Below are positions 25,960 to 37,452 of a stretch of DNA of 64,000 bases, piece after piece (within the stretch, counting starts at the first letter, position 1; each line of letters opens with the position of its first letter). The stretch covers positions 878 through 64,877 of the forward strand of contig CAYJSI010000006.1 in NCBI GenBank assembly GCA_964373045.1, read 5' to 3'. The notes beneath the pieces are model-generated. The model was not told the origin of the DNA. It saw only the letters and a list, made by a program, of their open reading frames with translations, and searched no databases. This DNA is from an uncultured bacterium. Its GTDB lineage: Bacteria > Omnitrophota > Omnitrophia > Omnitrophales > Aquincolibacteriaceae. Position numbers and translations under genes: made by a program.

Positions 25960-28011
25960 ATGAAGATCCTGATCGTGACCAAGAATTGGCTGGGGGATGT
26001 GCTTTTCCAAATGCCTGCCATTGAGCTCATCCGGAAAAATAATCCGAACGCGATCATCGCCTGCGTGGCCCCGAAACGCTGCCATGAAATTTTAAAAGCA
26101 CATCCCGCGGTCGACGAAGTCCTTCTCTTTGACGAAAAGGGGGAGCATCGGTCCTGGTGGAAGCGACTTAGTTTTGTTTTTTCGCTTCGCAGGGGGGCGT
26201 GGGACCGGGCCTACTTTATGCATCGCTCCCGCACGCGGGCTTTTCTTTTCTGGCTGGGAGGCGTTCAGGAAAGAATCGGATTTGAGGGAAAAAGCGGGGC
26301 CTTTTTGACGAAAACCATTCCAAACCCAAAGACCCAGTTGCATCAGGTCGACTACTTTCTCGAACTTCTAAAGGGAGACGGAATGAAGCCGCCCATGGAG
26401 AGCCGGTATCGCTTTTATGATTCGGAGACAGACCGCCAATCTGTTGCAAGATTTCTCGTGGATCATCAATTGGATACCTTTGTCTGCTTTCATTTGGGAG
26501 CCAATTGGTCCCCCAAAAGGTGGCCCACGGCTCATTTTGCAAAATTAGCTGACCTTTTATTTGAAAAATGGGGACTTTCTGTCGTGCTCACAGGTGGGCC
26601 GGGAGATGAGGCGCTTGCCGAGGAAGTGATGCGTGAGGCAAAACGCGCCAAGATTATCTCCGTTGCAGGGCAGACAAAATTAGGAGAACTCGGCGCCCTT
26701 TATCGTCACGCGAAATTCGTGGTTTCCGGCGACTCTGGTCCCATGCACATCGCAAGCGGTGTCGGGACGCGCACGGTGGCGCTCTTTGGGCCCACCGACC
26801 CGAAACTGACAGGTCCCCGGGGAGTGGGCGAGGTGATTCTTTTAAGTTATGTGCCGAAGGGTTGTCACACGCCCTGTTATGACGAAGCTGAAAAACCGGG
26901 TGAATGGCTCTCACATATTCAGCCGCATGAGGTGATGGAAGCCATTCATGGCCGGTTTTGGATTCAGCCGAGCGCTTCGGATGAATCTCAGTCCAAGGAC
27001 ACGGCCAAAGCGGATCAAAAGAAAACATTCTCGAAAGCCTCTGTTCAAAAAATTCTGGTTATTACTTTGACTAATATCGGGGATGTTATTTTAAATACTG
27101 CTGTGATTATGGCCCTGGTTTGGGAATTCCCCAAGGCCCAGATCACGGTTGTGACGGGGCCTAAGGGCGAGCACCTCTTGCGAGAGAGTCGATTTATTCA
27201 CCGGCTCGTGATCTATGATAAACGGGCTTCATGGCGGCAGAAGTGGAAATTTCTTAAAGAGGTTCGTCAGGATCGCTATGATTGGGTGGTCGATTTAAAA
27301 AATACTGCCATTCCCTATCTCGTGCGGGCCAAAAAGAGGAGTTCGCTTTTTCGGCCTCATCGCGAGGTCTTGCTGCGCGCCCGCCACCTCGAAGTTCTGC
27401 AGATGATGGGGCTTGAAGTGAATCCCAGGACCCCCTTCTTTGATTTTTATAATGATCAGGATGAGGTGAGTATCCTTCGGAAAATCCAATCTAAGGGAAT
27501 TCAAGCCAAAGACGGATGGATCCTTCTTGCGCCGATTGCAGGCAATGAACTTAAGACCTGGAAATTGGAGGGATTTCGGCAGGTGATGGAAAAGCTGCTT
27601 CAAGAAAACGGTGAGGACATTTTTTTGATCGGCGGAGATCGCGAGCGATCCATGATCGAATCTCTTTGCGAGGTGAATCCCTCCCGCGTCCGTAATCTTG
27701 CGGGCATGACGACACTCAGAGAACTTGCTTTTCTTATAGATAAATCGTCTCTTTTATTGAGCAATGACAGCTCGGCCATGCACATGGGGTTTGAATTGCG
27801 GGCGCGTGTCGTGGCGATCTTTGGGCCGACCAACCCTGCCAAGGCGGCGCAAAAAGGGCCAACCTTCCGCGTGGTCACCAACCCTATTTTTTGCGTCCCG
27901 TGCGACAAGCCGCGGTGCCGCTTTGAACGCAGGGCTTGTCTCGACGATCTTACCTCTCAAAAAGTTCTGCAGGCCTGTCAGGAGCTTCTGCATGCCAGTC
28001 AAGTTGCCTGA
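25960..28011 (+). CDS. Tandem double GT9 ADP-heptose:LPS heptosyltransferase
   Basis: Two complete GT9 units, each with a GDVL/GDVIL start motif (MKILIVTKNWLGDVLF; KILVITLTNIGDVIL) and SGPMH/SSAMH with a FGPT end motif. Confidence 0.75.
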   Translation: MKILIVTKNWLGDVLFQMPAIELIRKNNPNAIIACVAPKRCHEILKAHPAVDEVLLFDEKGEHRSWWKRLSFVFSLRRGAWDRAYFMHRSRTRAFLFWLGGVQERIGFEGKSGAFLTKTIPNPKTQLHQVDYFLELLKGDGMKPPMESRYRFYDSETDRQSVARFLVDHQLDTFVCFHLGANWSPKRWPTAHFAKLADLLFEKWGLSVVLTGGPGDEALAEEVMREAKRAKIISVAGQTKLGELGALYRHAKFVVSGDSGPMHIASGVGTRTVALFGPTDPKLTGPRGVGEVILLSYVPKGCHTPCYDEAEKPGEWLSHIQPHEVMEAIHGRFWIQPSASDESQSKDTAKADQKKTFSKASVQKILVITLTNIGDVILNTAVIMALVWEFPKAQITVVTGPKGEHLLRESRFIHRLVIYDKRASWRQKWKFLKEVRQDRYDWVVDLKNTAIPYLVRAKKRSSLFRPHREVLLRARHLEVLQMMGLEVNPRTPFFDFYNDQDEVSILRKIQSKGIQAKDGWILLAPIAGNELKTWKLEGFRQVMEKLLQENGEDIFLIGGDRERSMIESLCEVNPSRVRNLAGMTTLRELAFLIDKSSLLLSNDSSAMHMGFELRARVVAIFGPTNPAKAAQKGPTFRVVTNPIFCVPCDKPRCRFERRACLDDLTSQKVLQACQELLHASQVA

Positions 28012-29074
28012 GTCCTGCCGCATTCTTGCCACCCGCTCAGACCGCATCGGGGATCTTGTCTTGAGCACGCCTGTTTTTTCTGCCCTGCGGGCACGATATC
28101 CCAAGGCTTGGATCGCGTGTCTGACGCTCATAGAGAACCGGGAAATTGTTGATGGGAATCCTTTTTTAAATGAAGTCATCCTTTACGACAAAAAGGGTTC
28201 TGAAAGAGGGGTATGGGGAAATCTTCTTTTCGCCGGGAAACTGGCCCAAAAAAAATTTGATATCGTGATCCATCTTCACGCCACCCATCGTATGCACCTT
28301 GTGACTTGGCTGGCGCGTATTCCCATTCGGATTGGATGGGAGCGTAAGTGCGCCTCGGCGCTTACAAAAAGCTACCCCGATTTCAAAAAAGAGGGAAAAA
28401 AGCACGAAGCAGAATATAATTTCGACCTTTTTGAATCTCTTGGGATGGCGTACCCCGAGAACCTGGAAACTTATTTTCCGGTACACCCCAATGCAGAACG
28501 TTCACTCGAGGAGCTTTTGCTTCATCACCGTATTGATCACGACCTTCCCTGGATTGTTTTAAACCCTTCGGCGAGCTGTCTTTCCAAGAAGTGGTCCGCG
28601 GTCCGGTTTGGAGAACTCGTGGGGCGTCTAACAGATCGCTTCAAAGCCCGTTTTCTGGCCATCGGCACCCTCAAAGATCGGCCGCTGATTCATCGCATGC
28701 AGCAGACGGCGGGAGCGCCAATGGATGATCTAAGCGGAAGACTCAGCCTTGGCATGTTAGGTGCGCTTTTAAAAAAATCAGCCGTGCTCATTTCAAATGA
28801 TTCGGGCCCGGTGCATATCGCGCAGGCCCTCGGGACCCCCGTGATTTCAATTTTTGGGCGTAAACTTCCGGGACTTTCGCCTGCTCGTTGGCGGCCGCTT
28901 GGATCAAAGTCAAGGATCCTGTGGGAGGATGTGGGTTGTGAAGAGTGTCTGGCGCACCGCTGTGAAATCAATTTTCTCTGTCTGGACGCCATTTCCGTTG
29001 ACGCCGTCTTAAAGGAAACCCTGGATTTGCTTGAGGCCTCTTGCTTGGGGCAGCTTGGTTCGTTAAATCGATGA
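27992..29074 (+). CDS. GT9 ADP-heptose:LPS heptosyltransferase
   Basis: ILATRSDRIGDLVLSTPVF, SGPVHIAQALGTPVISIFG and a C-terminal CEECLAHRC motif are present. The start overlaps the previous gene. Confidence 0.75.
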   Translation: MPVKLPESCRILATRSDRIGDLVLSTPVFSALRARYPKAWIACLTLIENREIVDGNPFLNEVILYDKKGSERGVWGNLLFAGKLAQKKFDIVIHLHATHRMHLVTWLARIPIRIGWERKCASALTKSYPDFKKEGKKHEAEYNFDLFESLGMAYPENLETYFPVHPNAERSLEELLLHHRIDHDLPWIVLNPSASCLSKKWSAVRFGELVGRLTDRFKARFLAIGTLKDRPLIHRMQQTAGAPMDDLSGRLSLGMLGALLKKSAVLISNDSGPVHIAQALGTPVISIFGRKLPGLSPARWRPLGSKSRILWEDVGCEECLAHRCEINFLCLDAISVDAVLKETLDLLEASCLGQLGSLNR

Positions 29075-30177
29075 GTTCCCTCAGGCGTGTCCTCATTGTC
29101 CAGCCTTACGGGATCGGCGACCTTCTTTTTATCACGCCCGTCCTGCGGGCCCTTCGCCTTATTCCGACTGTTGAGAGGGTTGATCTTCTTTTAGGGTCGC
29201 GCACGGATATTCTGATCCGTTCCAATCCTCACGTGGATGATCTGGAGGTAGTCAATAAAGATCTCTTTCATCGCCGCTCCCCCCTTGAAAATGCAAAAGA
29301 AATTTTAAAACTCGGCAAAAAGCTTAAAGGCAGGCGCTACGACCTTCTCTTGGATTATTCCTTGCGAGGTGAATACGCATTTTTTAGTCAATTTTTTCTC
29401 GGGATCCCAAAACGTGCAGGTTTCAATTATAAAAGGCGCGGGTTTTTCCACACCCATCGGCTTGCTCTCCCAAATGGTTTCGCGGGAGAACATGTAGTGG
29501 ATTATGTGTGCGACCTTGCCGAGCTTGCCGGGATTCCGGTAGAGGACCGTTTCCTTGAGTATTATCCTGAAGGAGATACGCGCCAGGAAGCTCAAGGGAT
29601 TCTTCGCTCAAAGCTGGGCGGTTCTCAGGAACGTTTCCTTGTTGTAAGCCCGGGTGGCGGAGAATCCTGGGGAAAGGACGCTCATTTTAAGCGCTGGCCG
29701 GCACGTTTTTTTGGAGAATTCATTGAACGGCTCAGCCGGCCGCTCGGCATTCGGCATGCCGTCATCCTCGGAAGTGCAGGCGAAAGGGGATTGGCCGAAG
29801 AGCTCAAGAAAAATTGTTCGATCTCTTGTGTAAATCTGGCGGCAGAGACATCGCTTGCTATTTCCGCCGCCATCCTTGAAAAGGCGTCTTATTTTGTGGG
29901 CAATGACGGCGGGCTTCTTCATATCGCGCACGCGCTTCGGATCCCCGTGATCGGTTTCTATGGCCCCGTGGACCCCGTTGTTTATGGTCCTTACCCGGCC
30001 TCCGACGATGCCGTGGCCATTGTCAAAGAGGACCTCGCCTGCCGTCCGTGCTATCAGAAATTTCGTTACCAAAGCGACTGTCCGCATCGGGATTGTCTTC
30101 AGGCCCTTACGCCGGAGGAGGCCTTTCAATTCTTGAGGAAAAAGGGATTTTTAAAAGGAGTCCTGCAGCCTTCATGA
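29071..30177 (+). CDS. GT9 ADP-heptose:LPS heptosyltransferase
   Basis: VLIVQPYGIGDLLFITPVL, GGLLHIAHALRIPVIGFYGP and a C-terminal CRPCY motif are present. Confidence 0.75.
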   Translation: MSSLRRVLIVQPYGIGDLLFITPVLRALRLIPTVERVDLLLGSRTDILIRSNPHVDDLEVVNKDLFHRRSPLENAKEILKLGKKLKGRRYDLLLDYSLRGEYAFFSQFFLGIPKRAGFNYKRRGFFHTHRLALPNGFAGEHVVDYVCDLAELAGIPVEDRFLEYYPEGDTRQEAQGILRSKLGGSQERFLVVSPGGGESWGKDAHFKRWPARFFGEFIERLSRPLGIRHAVILGSAGERGLAEELKKNCSISCVNLAAETSLAISAAILEKASYFVGNDGGLLHIAHALRIPVIGFYGPVDPVVYGPYPASDDAVAIVKEDLACRPCYQKFRYQSDCPHRDCLQALTPEEAFQFLRKKGFLKGVLQPS

Positions 30178-31043
30178 ACATGAAAAAATTTTTCCGAGGT
30201 TTTATTTTTGCGGCCGCTTTTCTCCTGGCCTTTTTTTATACGGCCCTTAACCTGCTCCCGCTTCCGGGGCACGTTCCGATTCTGATGTACCACTTTTTTG
30301 GAAGCGCAGAAGATGCCGAGCGGGAAAAGAATTTTGTGAGTCGCCAGAGTTTTCAAAGGCAGATGGAATTTCTGAAGCGCTTCGGTTATCGCGTGATCAG
30401 TCTCGATCAACTTTATGCCATCAAGACGGGTAAGAGAAAACCCCGCGGAAAAGAAATCGTCATCACCATCGATGATGGCAACTATACGTTTGCTACCGAA
30501 GCGCTTCCGATTTTAAAGTCTTACCGATATCCGGTAACCCTTTTTCTTGTCAGCGAAAATGTGAAGGGCGGTTTACACGGCAGCATGAGCGAAGGAACCG
30601 TTCGGAGCTTCATCCGACATCCCTGGGTGAAACTGGGGGCTCACTCCAAAACACACCCGGTCTTATCGGAACTCAGTGAAGATCAAATGCGAGAAGAAAT
30701 AGCGGGATCGAAAAGGGATCTGGAGGCAATGTTTGGGCAGACCTTGTATCACTTTGCCTATCCAAGCGGTATCCTCGATGAGCGCTCGGTCAAGATCGCC
30801 GAAGAGGTGGGATATCGAATGGCTTTTACCACGGCGTATAAAAAACTTGGGGAAATGCCCGAAGGCCTTCTGGCTACGACGCGGGTTAAGATCACAAGGA
30901 GTTCCGATCTAGCGCTCGTTTTTTGGTATTACGTCTCAGGCCTCCATCAGTGGATTAAAAAAGTGATTTGGCAAATCAAAACCCGTCTTCATCCTGCCCA
31001 TGAGTCAATCTCGGAGCCCCGAAAAACAACTCTAACCTATTGA
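30174..31043 (+). CDS. Polysaccharide deacetylase (CE4/NodB family) with an N-terminal signal/anchor
   Basis: An N-terminal hydrophobic helix is followed by the NodB motifs ITIDDG and HSKTHP and by FAYPSG. Confidence 0.7.
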   Translation: MNMKKFFRGFIFAAAFLLAFFYTALNLLPLPGHVPILMYHFFGSAEDAEREKNFVSRQSFQRQMEFLKRFGYRVISLDQLYAIKTGKRKPRGKEIVITIDDGNYTFATEALPILKSYRYPVTLFLVSENVKGGLHGSMSEGTVRSFIRHPWVKLGAHSKTHPVLSELSEDQMREEIAGSKRDLEAMFGQTLYHFAYPSGILDERSVKIAEEVGYRMAFTTAYKKLGEMPEGLLATTRVKITRSSDLALVFWYYVSGLHQWIKKVIWQIKTRLHPAHESISEPRKTTLTY

Positions 31044-31073
31044 AACAAAATAAGTTAAGTATTATTCCTTTCG

Positions 31074-31102
31074 TTGACACCGCCCCCCCTGGATGATAAA
31101 AT
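31074..31102 (+). promoter_or_regulatory. Putative promoter TTGACA-17-TAAAAT with a C7 homopolymer inside the spacer, upstream of hldA
   Basis: TTGACA at 31074-31079, then cgccccccctggatga, then TAAAAT at 31097-31102. The intergenic region is AT-rich. Confidence 0.4.
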
Positions 31103-31190
31103 ATCTAAGTTTTTTTGGGGTACTATTTTCCTAACACATTTAAAATCAATAAGTTATGAAAATGATAGAAAGAGCAAAAAGGCCTCTTGC

Positions 31191-32219
31191 GTGATTTCCT
31201 CCTCTGAGAAAAAAAATCTCGTTAAATGGCTCAGTTTTTTTAAAAAATCCCGCATTCTTGTGGTGGGGGATCTCATCCTCGATCACTTTATTTGGGGAAC
31301 GGTGAATCGCATTTCTCCCGAGGCGCCGGTTCCCGTTGTGGAAGTCAAACGGGAATCCTATATGCCGGGGGGATCGCTGAATGTGGCGAATAATATTCGC
31401 ACACTCGGCGGGACCGCCTACCCCTGCGGCGTTATTGGTCGGGATCGAGACGGCCAGATGTTGATGCAGGTGATCCGCAAAAAGGGTATCAACGCCGGTG
31501 GAATTATGGATGACGCAAGCCGTCCCACGACTCTTAAGACGCGAGTCATTGCCCATTCTCAGCAGGTGGTTCGCTTTGATCGTGAAAAGTCAGCGGAGAT
31601 TGATCGGGACAATTTGGGCAAAATCGTTCGCTTTATTAAAAAGACAATCTCAACTATTGATGGGATCGTCATTGAAGATTATGGAAAAGGTGTGATTCAG
31701 CCTGCCCTCTTGAAGGAAATTGTGCGGCTGGCGAAACGCCACAAAAAGTTTGTTCTGGTGGATCCGAAGGAAAAACATTTTCCCTATTATGTGGGTGTGA
31801 CGGCGATTACGCCGAATCGAAAAGAGGCCTACGGGGCGCTTGAAAATCATCAACCCTCTGAAAATTTATCGTACGCAGAAGTGAGCCGCAGCCTTCTTAA
31901 AAAGCTCAAGTGCGAAGCGGTTCTGATGACTCTTGGAGAGGACGGTATGATTCTTGTCGAAAAAAATGGTGCGACGACAAAAATTCCAACCGCCGCCCGC
32001 GAGGTGTATGACGTCTCGGGGGCAGGGGACACCGTCATTGCTGTTCTGAGTCTTGCCCTGGCGGCGGGGGCGAGCATGCGTGAGGCGGCAATTCTTTCAA
32101 ATTTTGCAGCGGGAGTGGTGGTGGCGAAACTTGGGACTGCCACCGTTGAGCTCAAGGAACTTCAAGATGCCATTCTTGAGACTCACGAGGCATCGTCTCA
32201 AAAAGGCGGTCGACATTGA
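31191..32219 (+). CDS. hldA: D-glycero-beta-D-manno-heptose-7-phosphate kinase (HldE domain I / HldA, pfkB-family); no adenylyltransferase domain
   Basis: ILVVGDLILDHFIWGTVNRISPEAPVPVV aligns with the HldE N-terminus. The C-terminus carries DVSGAGDT. The GTG start follows AAAAGG. Confidence 0.75.
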   Translation: MISSSEKKNLVKWLSFFKKSRILVVGDLILDHFIWGTVNRISPEAPVPVVEVKRESYMPGGSLNVANNIRTLGGTAYPCGVIGRDRDGQMLMQVIRKKGINAGGIMDDASRPTTLKTRVIAHSQQVVRFDREKSAEIDRDNLGKIVRFIKKTISTIDGIVIEDYGKGVIQPALLKEIVRLAKRHKKFVLVDPKEKHFPYYVGVTAITPNRKEAYGALENHQPSENLSYAEVSRSLLKKLKCEAVLMTLGEDGMILVEKNGATTKIPTAAREVYDVSGAGDTVIAVLSLALAAGASMREAAILSNFAAGVVVAKLGTATVELKELQDAILETHEASSQKGGRH

Positions 32220-32962
32220 AAATTATCGGTGTAATCCCGGCCAGGCTTGGTTCCACGCGGCTGCGTGAAAAGGTGTTGGCTCCGATCCAAGGCCGCCCGA
32301 TGATCCAGCACGTATGGGAGCGGGCCAAACGGGCAAAAAGATTGCACGACGTGATTGTGGCCTGCGATGATCTTCGCGTCCAAGATTGCGTTCATGCCTT
32401 TGGGGGGAAGGCCCTTCTCACACGCCAAGATCACCCCAACGGGAGCTCGCGAGTGGGTGAGGTAGCGGAGCGCGAAGAAGGAGATGTGTTTATCAATATT
32501 CAAGGCGATGAACCAGCGATTCACCCTGAGGCAATCGATCAGCTGGCAGCCGTTTTTGAACAAGATGAGGCGCTCCAGGTGGGAACGCTCGCCGTGCGGC
32601 GTAACGATCGGGAAGGCTATGAAAATCCGAACGTGGTCAAGGTGGTTTGTGACGGAAGCGGTAATGCCCTTTATTTTTCCCGTGCGCCCATTCCTCATTT
32701 TCGCGAAGGGGCCCCGGGCCCGTTTTCTTATTTAAAGCACCTTGGTATTTACGCTTATCGAAGGCATTTTGTGCTTCATTTCATTGAGTGGCCGTCTTCC
32801 TATCTCGAAGAGCGGGAAAAGCTGGAGCAGCTCAGGATTTTGGAAAAGGGTTTTGACCTCCGGATAGTTGAGACCATCCACGATTCTTTGAGCGTGGATA
32901 CGGCTGAGGATCTTGCGGCCGTCGAGTCAAAGCTAAAAACCTTGCAGGCTTCTCGAGGCTGA
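32216..32962 (+). CDS. kdsB: 3-deoxy-manno-octulosonate cytidylyltransferase (CMP-Kdo synthetase)
   Basis: IIGVIPARLGSTRLREKVLAPIQGRPMIQHV and NIQGDEP are present. The TTG start overlaps the hldA stop. Confidence 0.85.
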   Translation: MKIIGVIPARLGSTRLREKVLAPIQGRPMIQHVWERAKRAKRLHDVIVACDDLRVQDCVHAFGGKALLTRQDHPNGSSRVGEVAEREEGDVFINIQGDEPAIHPEAIDQLAAVFEQDEALQVGTLAVRRNDREGYENPNVVKVVCDGSGNALYFSRAPIPHFREGAPGPFSYLKHLGIYAYRRHFVLHFIEWPSSYLEEREKLEQLRILEKGFDLRIVETIHDSLSVDTAEDLAAVESKLKTLQASRG

Positions 32963-32989
32963 ATTTTTGAGCCGATTCGCTTATAATAG

Positions 32990-34702
<1,713 letters not shown>

Positions 34703-34706
34703 TTCC

Positions 34707-35549
34707 ATGCCGTTTCATCCCGTGCAGCTTGATTCCATCATTTTTGGTGATCCCAAATCGTTTGTGCTCATCGGCGGGCCTTGCGTCATCGAAAGCGAAG
34801 AAGGCGCGCTCAGGCATGCCGAGAAGATTTCGACAGTTGTCCGGGATATGAAAATTCCCTACGTTTTTAAGGCGAGCTATGACAAGGCCAATCGATCCTC
34901 TTCGCGCTCCTTCCGCGGCCCGGGTCTTGAGAAAGGCCTTAAAATCCTGGCCAAGGTTAAAAAGGAATTCGGTCTTCCTCTTTTAAGTGATATCCATAGC
35001 GAGCAAGAGGCCAAGTCGGCGAGTGAAGTCCTCGATATCCTGCAAATCCCTGCCTTTCTTTGTCGGCAAACCGATCTTCTTTTTGCCGCCGCCAAAACAG
35101 GCCGGGTCATCAACGTTAAAAAAGGGCAATTTCTTTCTCCTTGGGATGTCAAAAACATTGTGGAAAAGCTCGAAGAGGCCGGCTGCCGGAAAATCTTGCT
35201 CACCGAACGCGGGGTCTCTTTCGGTTACAACAATCTTGTCAGCGATTTTCGCGCCATTCCCATTATGCGCAATTTCGGGTACCCGGTCGTTTTTGATGCC
35301 ACGCATTCGGTCCAGCTCCCCGGCGGAAAAGGGACGGCCTCGGGCGGGATGTCGGAGTTTATTCCCACTCTTGCCAGTTGCGGAATTGTAGCCGGCGCGG
35401 ATGCGATCTTTATGGAAATTCACGAGAATCCCTCCGAGGCCCTCTCGGATGGTCCCAATGCCCTTCACCTTGAGAAGTTGCGGCCTCTCCTGGACACGCT
35501 CCTTCAACTTAAAAGTGTCGTGGCTGAGAAAAAGGAAGTTTTGGTATGA
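34707..35549 (+). CDS. kdsA: 2-dehydro-3-deoxyphosphooctonate aldolase (Kdo-8-phosphate synthase)
   Basis: LIGGPCVIES, KASYDKANRSS and DATHSVQLPGG are present. An RBS precedes the ATG. Confidence 0.9.
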   Translation: MPFHPVQLDSIIFGDPKSFVLIGGPCVIESEEGALRHAEKISTVVRDMKIPYVFKASYDKANRSSSRSFRGPGLEKGLKILAKVKKEFGLPLLSDIHSEQEAKSASEVLDILQIPAFLCRQTDLLFAAAKTGRVINVKKGQFLSPWDVKNIVEKLEEAGCRKILLTERGVSFGYNNLVSDFRAIPIMRNFGYPVVFDATHSVQLPGGKGTASGGMSEFIPTLASCGIVAGADAIFMEIHENPSEALSDGPNALHLEKLRPLLDTLLQLKSVVAEKKEVLV

Positions 35550-36514
35550 CGAAAAAGATCCTTAAGACGGCACGCGAAGTTCTTGCCATGGAAGCCCGTG
35601 CGATTCAAAACTTGAGCCGGCGGGTGGGGAAGGATTTTGAAAAAGCGGTCGATCGAATGGCGCGCTGCAAGGGCCGAGTGATTGTTACCGGCATGGGGAA
35701 GCCGGGTTTCATTGCCCGCAAGATTGCCGCCACCCTGGCTTCAACAGGTACCCCCAGCCTTTATCTTCATCCGGCCGAAGCCGTTCACGGCGATCTCGGG
35801 ATGGTAACTGAAGAAGATGTGATGATTGCCATTTCTCAGAGCGGGGAAACGGAAGAAATTGTTCAGCTTGTTTCCACCGTCAAAAAATTAGGCGTCCCGC
35901 TGATTGCCTTGACGAGCAGCCCCGCTTCCACCCTGGCTCGATACGCCAATGTTGTCCTCAACCTTGGGGTAACGCGCGAGGCCTGTCCTTTAAACCTGGC
36001 CCCTTCGGCTTCTACGACGGCGGCGCTTGCCTTAGGAGACGCCCTGGCCCTCTCCCTTCTTAAGCAAAAAGGATTTCGATCCGAGGATTTTGCTCTTCTT
36101 CATCCGGGGGGAAGCCTGGGAAAAAAACTTTTGAAGGTCAAAGATCTCATGCGTACCGGCAGAGATCATCCTGTGGTCAAAATCAAAACCCCCGTTCGTC
36201 AGGTTCTCTTTGCTATCACCAAGGCCCGGGCAGGCAGTTGTACGGTGGTGGACCCAAAAGGGAAACTGGTCGGAATTTTTACGGACGGTGACCTCAGGCG
36301 TCATCTTCGGGAAAACGGAGAAATGATTCTCAATGAACGCATTGAGAATCTTGCGACGCTCCGGCCGATTTCTATCCGCAAGGATCGGCTCGCGGCCGAG
36401 GCCCTGCATATTCTTAAGTCGAAGAAGATTGACGAACTTCCCGTGGTCGATGAAAAGGGAAGGGCCGTCGGGCTTTTGGACGTTCAAGATTTGCTTAAGG
36501 CAGGTTTCGTGTAG
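35546..36514 (+). CDS. kdsD: Arabinose-5-phosphate isomerase (SIS domain + tandem CBS)
   Basis: The SIS domain carries GRVIVTGMGKPG and ISQSGETEE. Two CBS repeats follow. Confidence 0.85.
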   Translation: MTKKILKTAREVLAMEARAIQNLSRRVGKDFEKAVDRMARCKGRVIVTGMGKPGFIARKIAATLASTGTPSLYLHPAEAVHGDLGMVTEEDVMIAISQSGETEEIVQLVSTVKKLGVPLIALTSSPASTLARYANVVLNLGVTREACPLNLAPSASTTAALALGDALALSLLKQKGFRSEDFALLHPGGSLGKKLLKVKDLMRTGRDHPVVKIKTPVRQVLFAITKARAGSCTVVDPKGKLVGIFTDGDLRRHLRENGEMILNERIENLATLRPISIRKDRLAAEALHILKSKKIDELPVVDEKGRAVGLLDVQDLLKAGFV

Positions 36515-37452
36515 TGGCGAAAAAAAAGCCCTACCGTTTTGTTCTTTATCTGGCGGCGCGTGTCGTGGCTGCCGCCCTCAATGGGTTGCCTCGTCAAGCT
36601 GCGCTCAGTCTGGCGCGCTGGGGAGGGTGGATGGCCTATCGGCTGGTCCCGCGTCAGCGAGAGGCCATTTTGAAGAATCTGCGATTTGCCTTCGGCTCTT
36701 CGAAATCAGAGCAGGAAATTCAAGTCCTCGGCAGAAAAGTGCTGGAGCACTTCGCCGAAACCGGAATTGAAATTCTTCGCTTTCCGACGCTGACACCGGC
36801 CGCGATTCCAAAGTTCGTGGACATGGGAAATGTGATTGAAGTTTACCGCTCACTCCTTGCCGCGGGCAGGGGCCTCATTTCCATCACGGCTCATCTTGGA
36901 AATTGGGAACTTCTGGCGGGTGCTGTGGTGAGCCACGGCGTGGAGACGGCGGTCGTGGCCCGGCGCATTTACTATAAACCCTATGACCGCTGGGTTGTCG
37001 ATTTAAGGCAAGCGCTGGGAGTACGCACCATTTATCGTGATAATTCGGCGCGGCAACTGTTAACTTTTTTGAAAAATAACGGAGTGGTCGGTATGCTGCC
37101 TGATCAAGATGTTGAGGGATTGTCCGGGGTCTTCGTTGATTTTTTAGGTCATCCGGCCTACACGCCCGTTGCGCCGGTGAAGCTCTCGCTTGCGAGCGGT
37201 GCACCCATTTTGACGAATTTTCTCGTTCGTGAGACAGGAGACCGTTACCGGGTTATTTTGGGTGAGATTATACGTCCGCAAATTGAAACGACTCGGGAAG
37301 AGGCCGTCCAAAAATACACCGAGGCCTGGATGAAGGAATTTGAAAAGGTGGTCTGTCAGTATCCTGAACAATGGGCATGGATGCATGACCGTTGGAAGAC
37401 GACGCCTGAGCAACGTCAAAGCGTTCGGGGAGCCGTCCTCAAAGCCTCATGA
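36514..37452 (+). CDS. Second LpxL/HtrB-family lipid A late acyltransferase
   Basis: ITAHLGNWE (HX4D), MLPDQD and a C-terminal QWAWMHDRWK, typical of this family. Confidence 0.7.
   Translation: MAKKKPYRFVLYLAARVVAAALNGLPRQAALSLARWGGWMAYRLVPRQREAILKNLRFAFGSSKSEQEIQVLGRKVLEHFAETGIEILRFPTLTPAAIPKFVDMGNVIEVYRSLLAAGRGLISITAHLGNWELLAGAVVSHGVETAVVARRIYYKPYDRWVVDLRQALGVRTIYRDNSARQLLTFLKNNGVVGMLPDQDVEGLSGVFVDFLGHPAYTPVAPVKLSLASGAPILTNFLVRETGDRYRVILGEIIRPQIETTREEAVQKYTEAWMKEFEKVVCQYPEQWAWMHDRWKTTPEQRQSVRGAVLKAS

Noticed and set aside
24000-30177. Cys-rich C-terminal motifs (CxxC...C...C followed by L..I/L...V) at the end of every GT9 domain, considered as a possible novel metal-binding addition.
   Set aside because: I recall similar C-terminal Cys clusters in ordinary WaaC/WaaF-type heptosyltransferases. 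They are most likely a general family feature rather than something new here.
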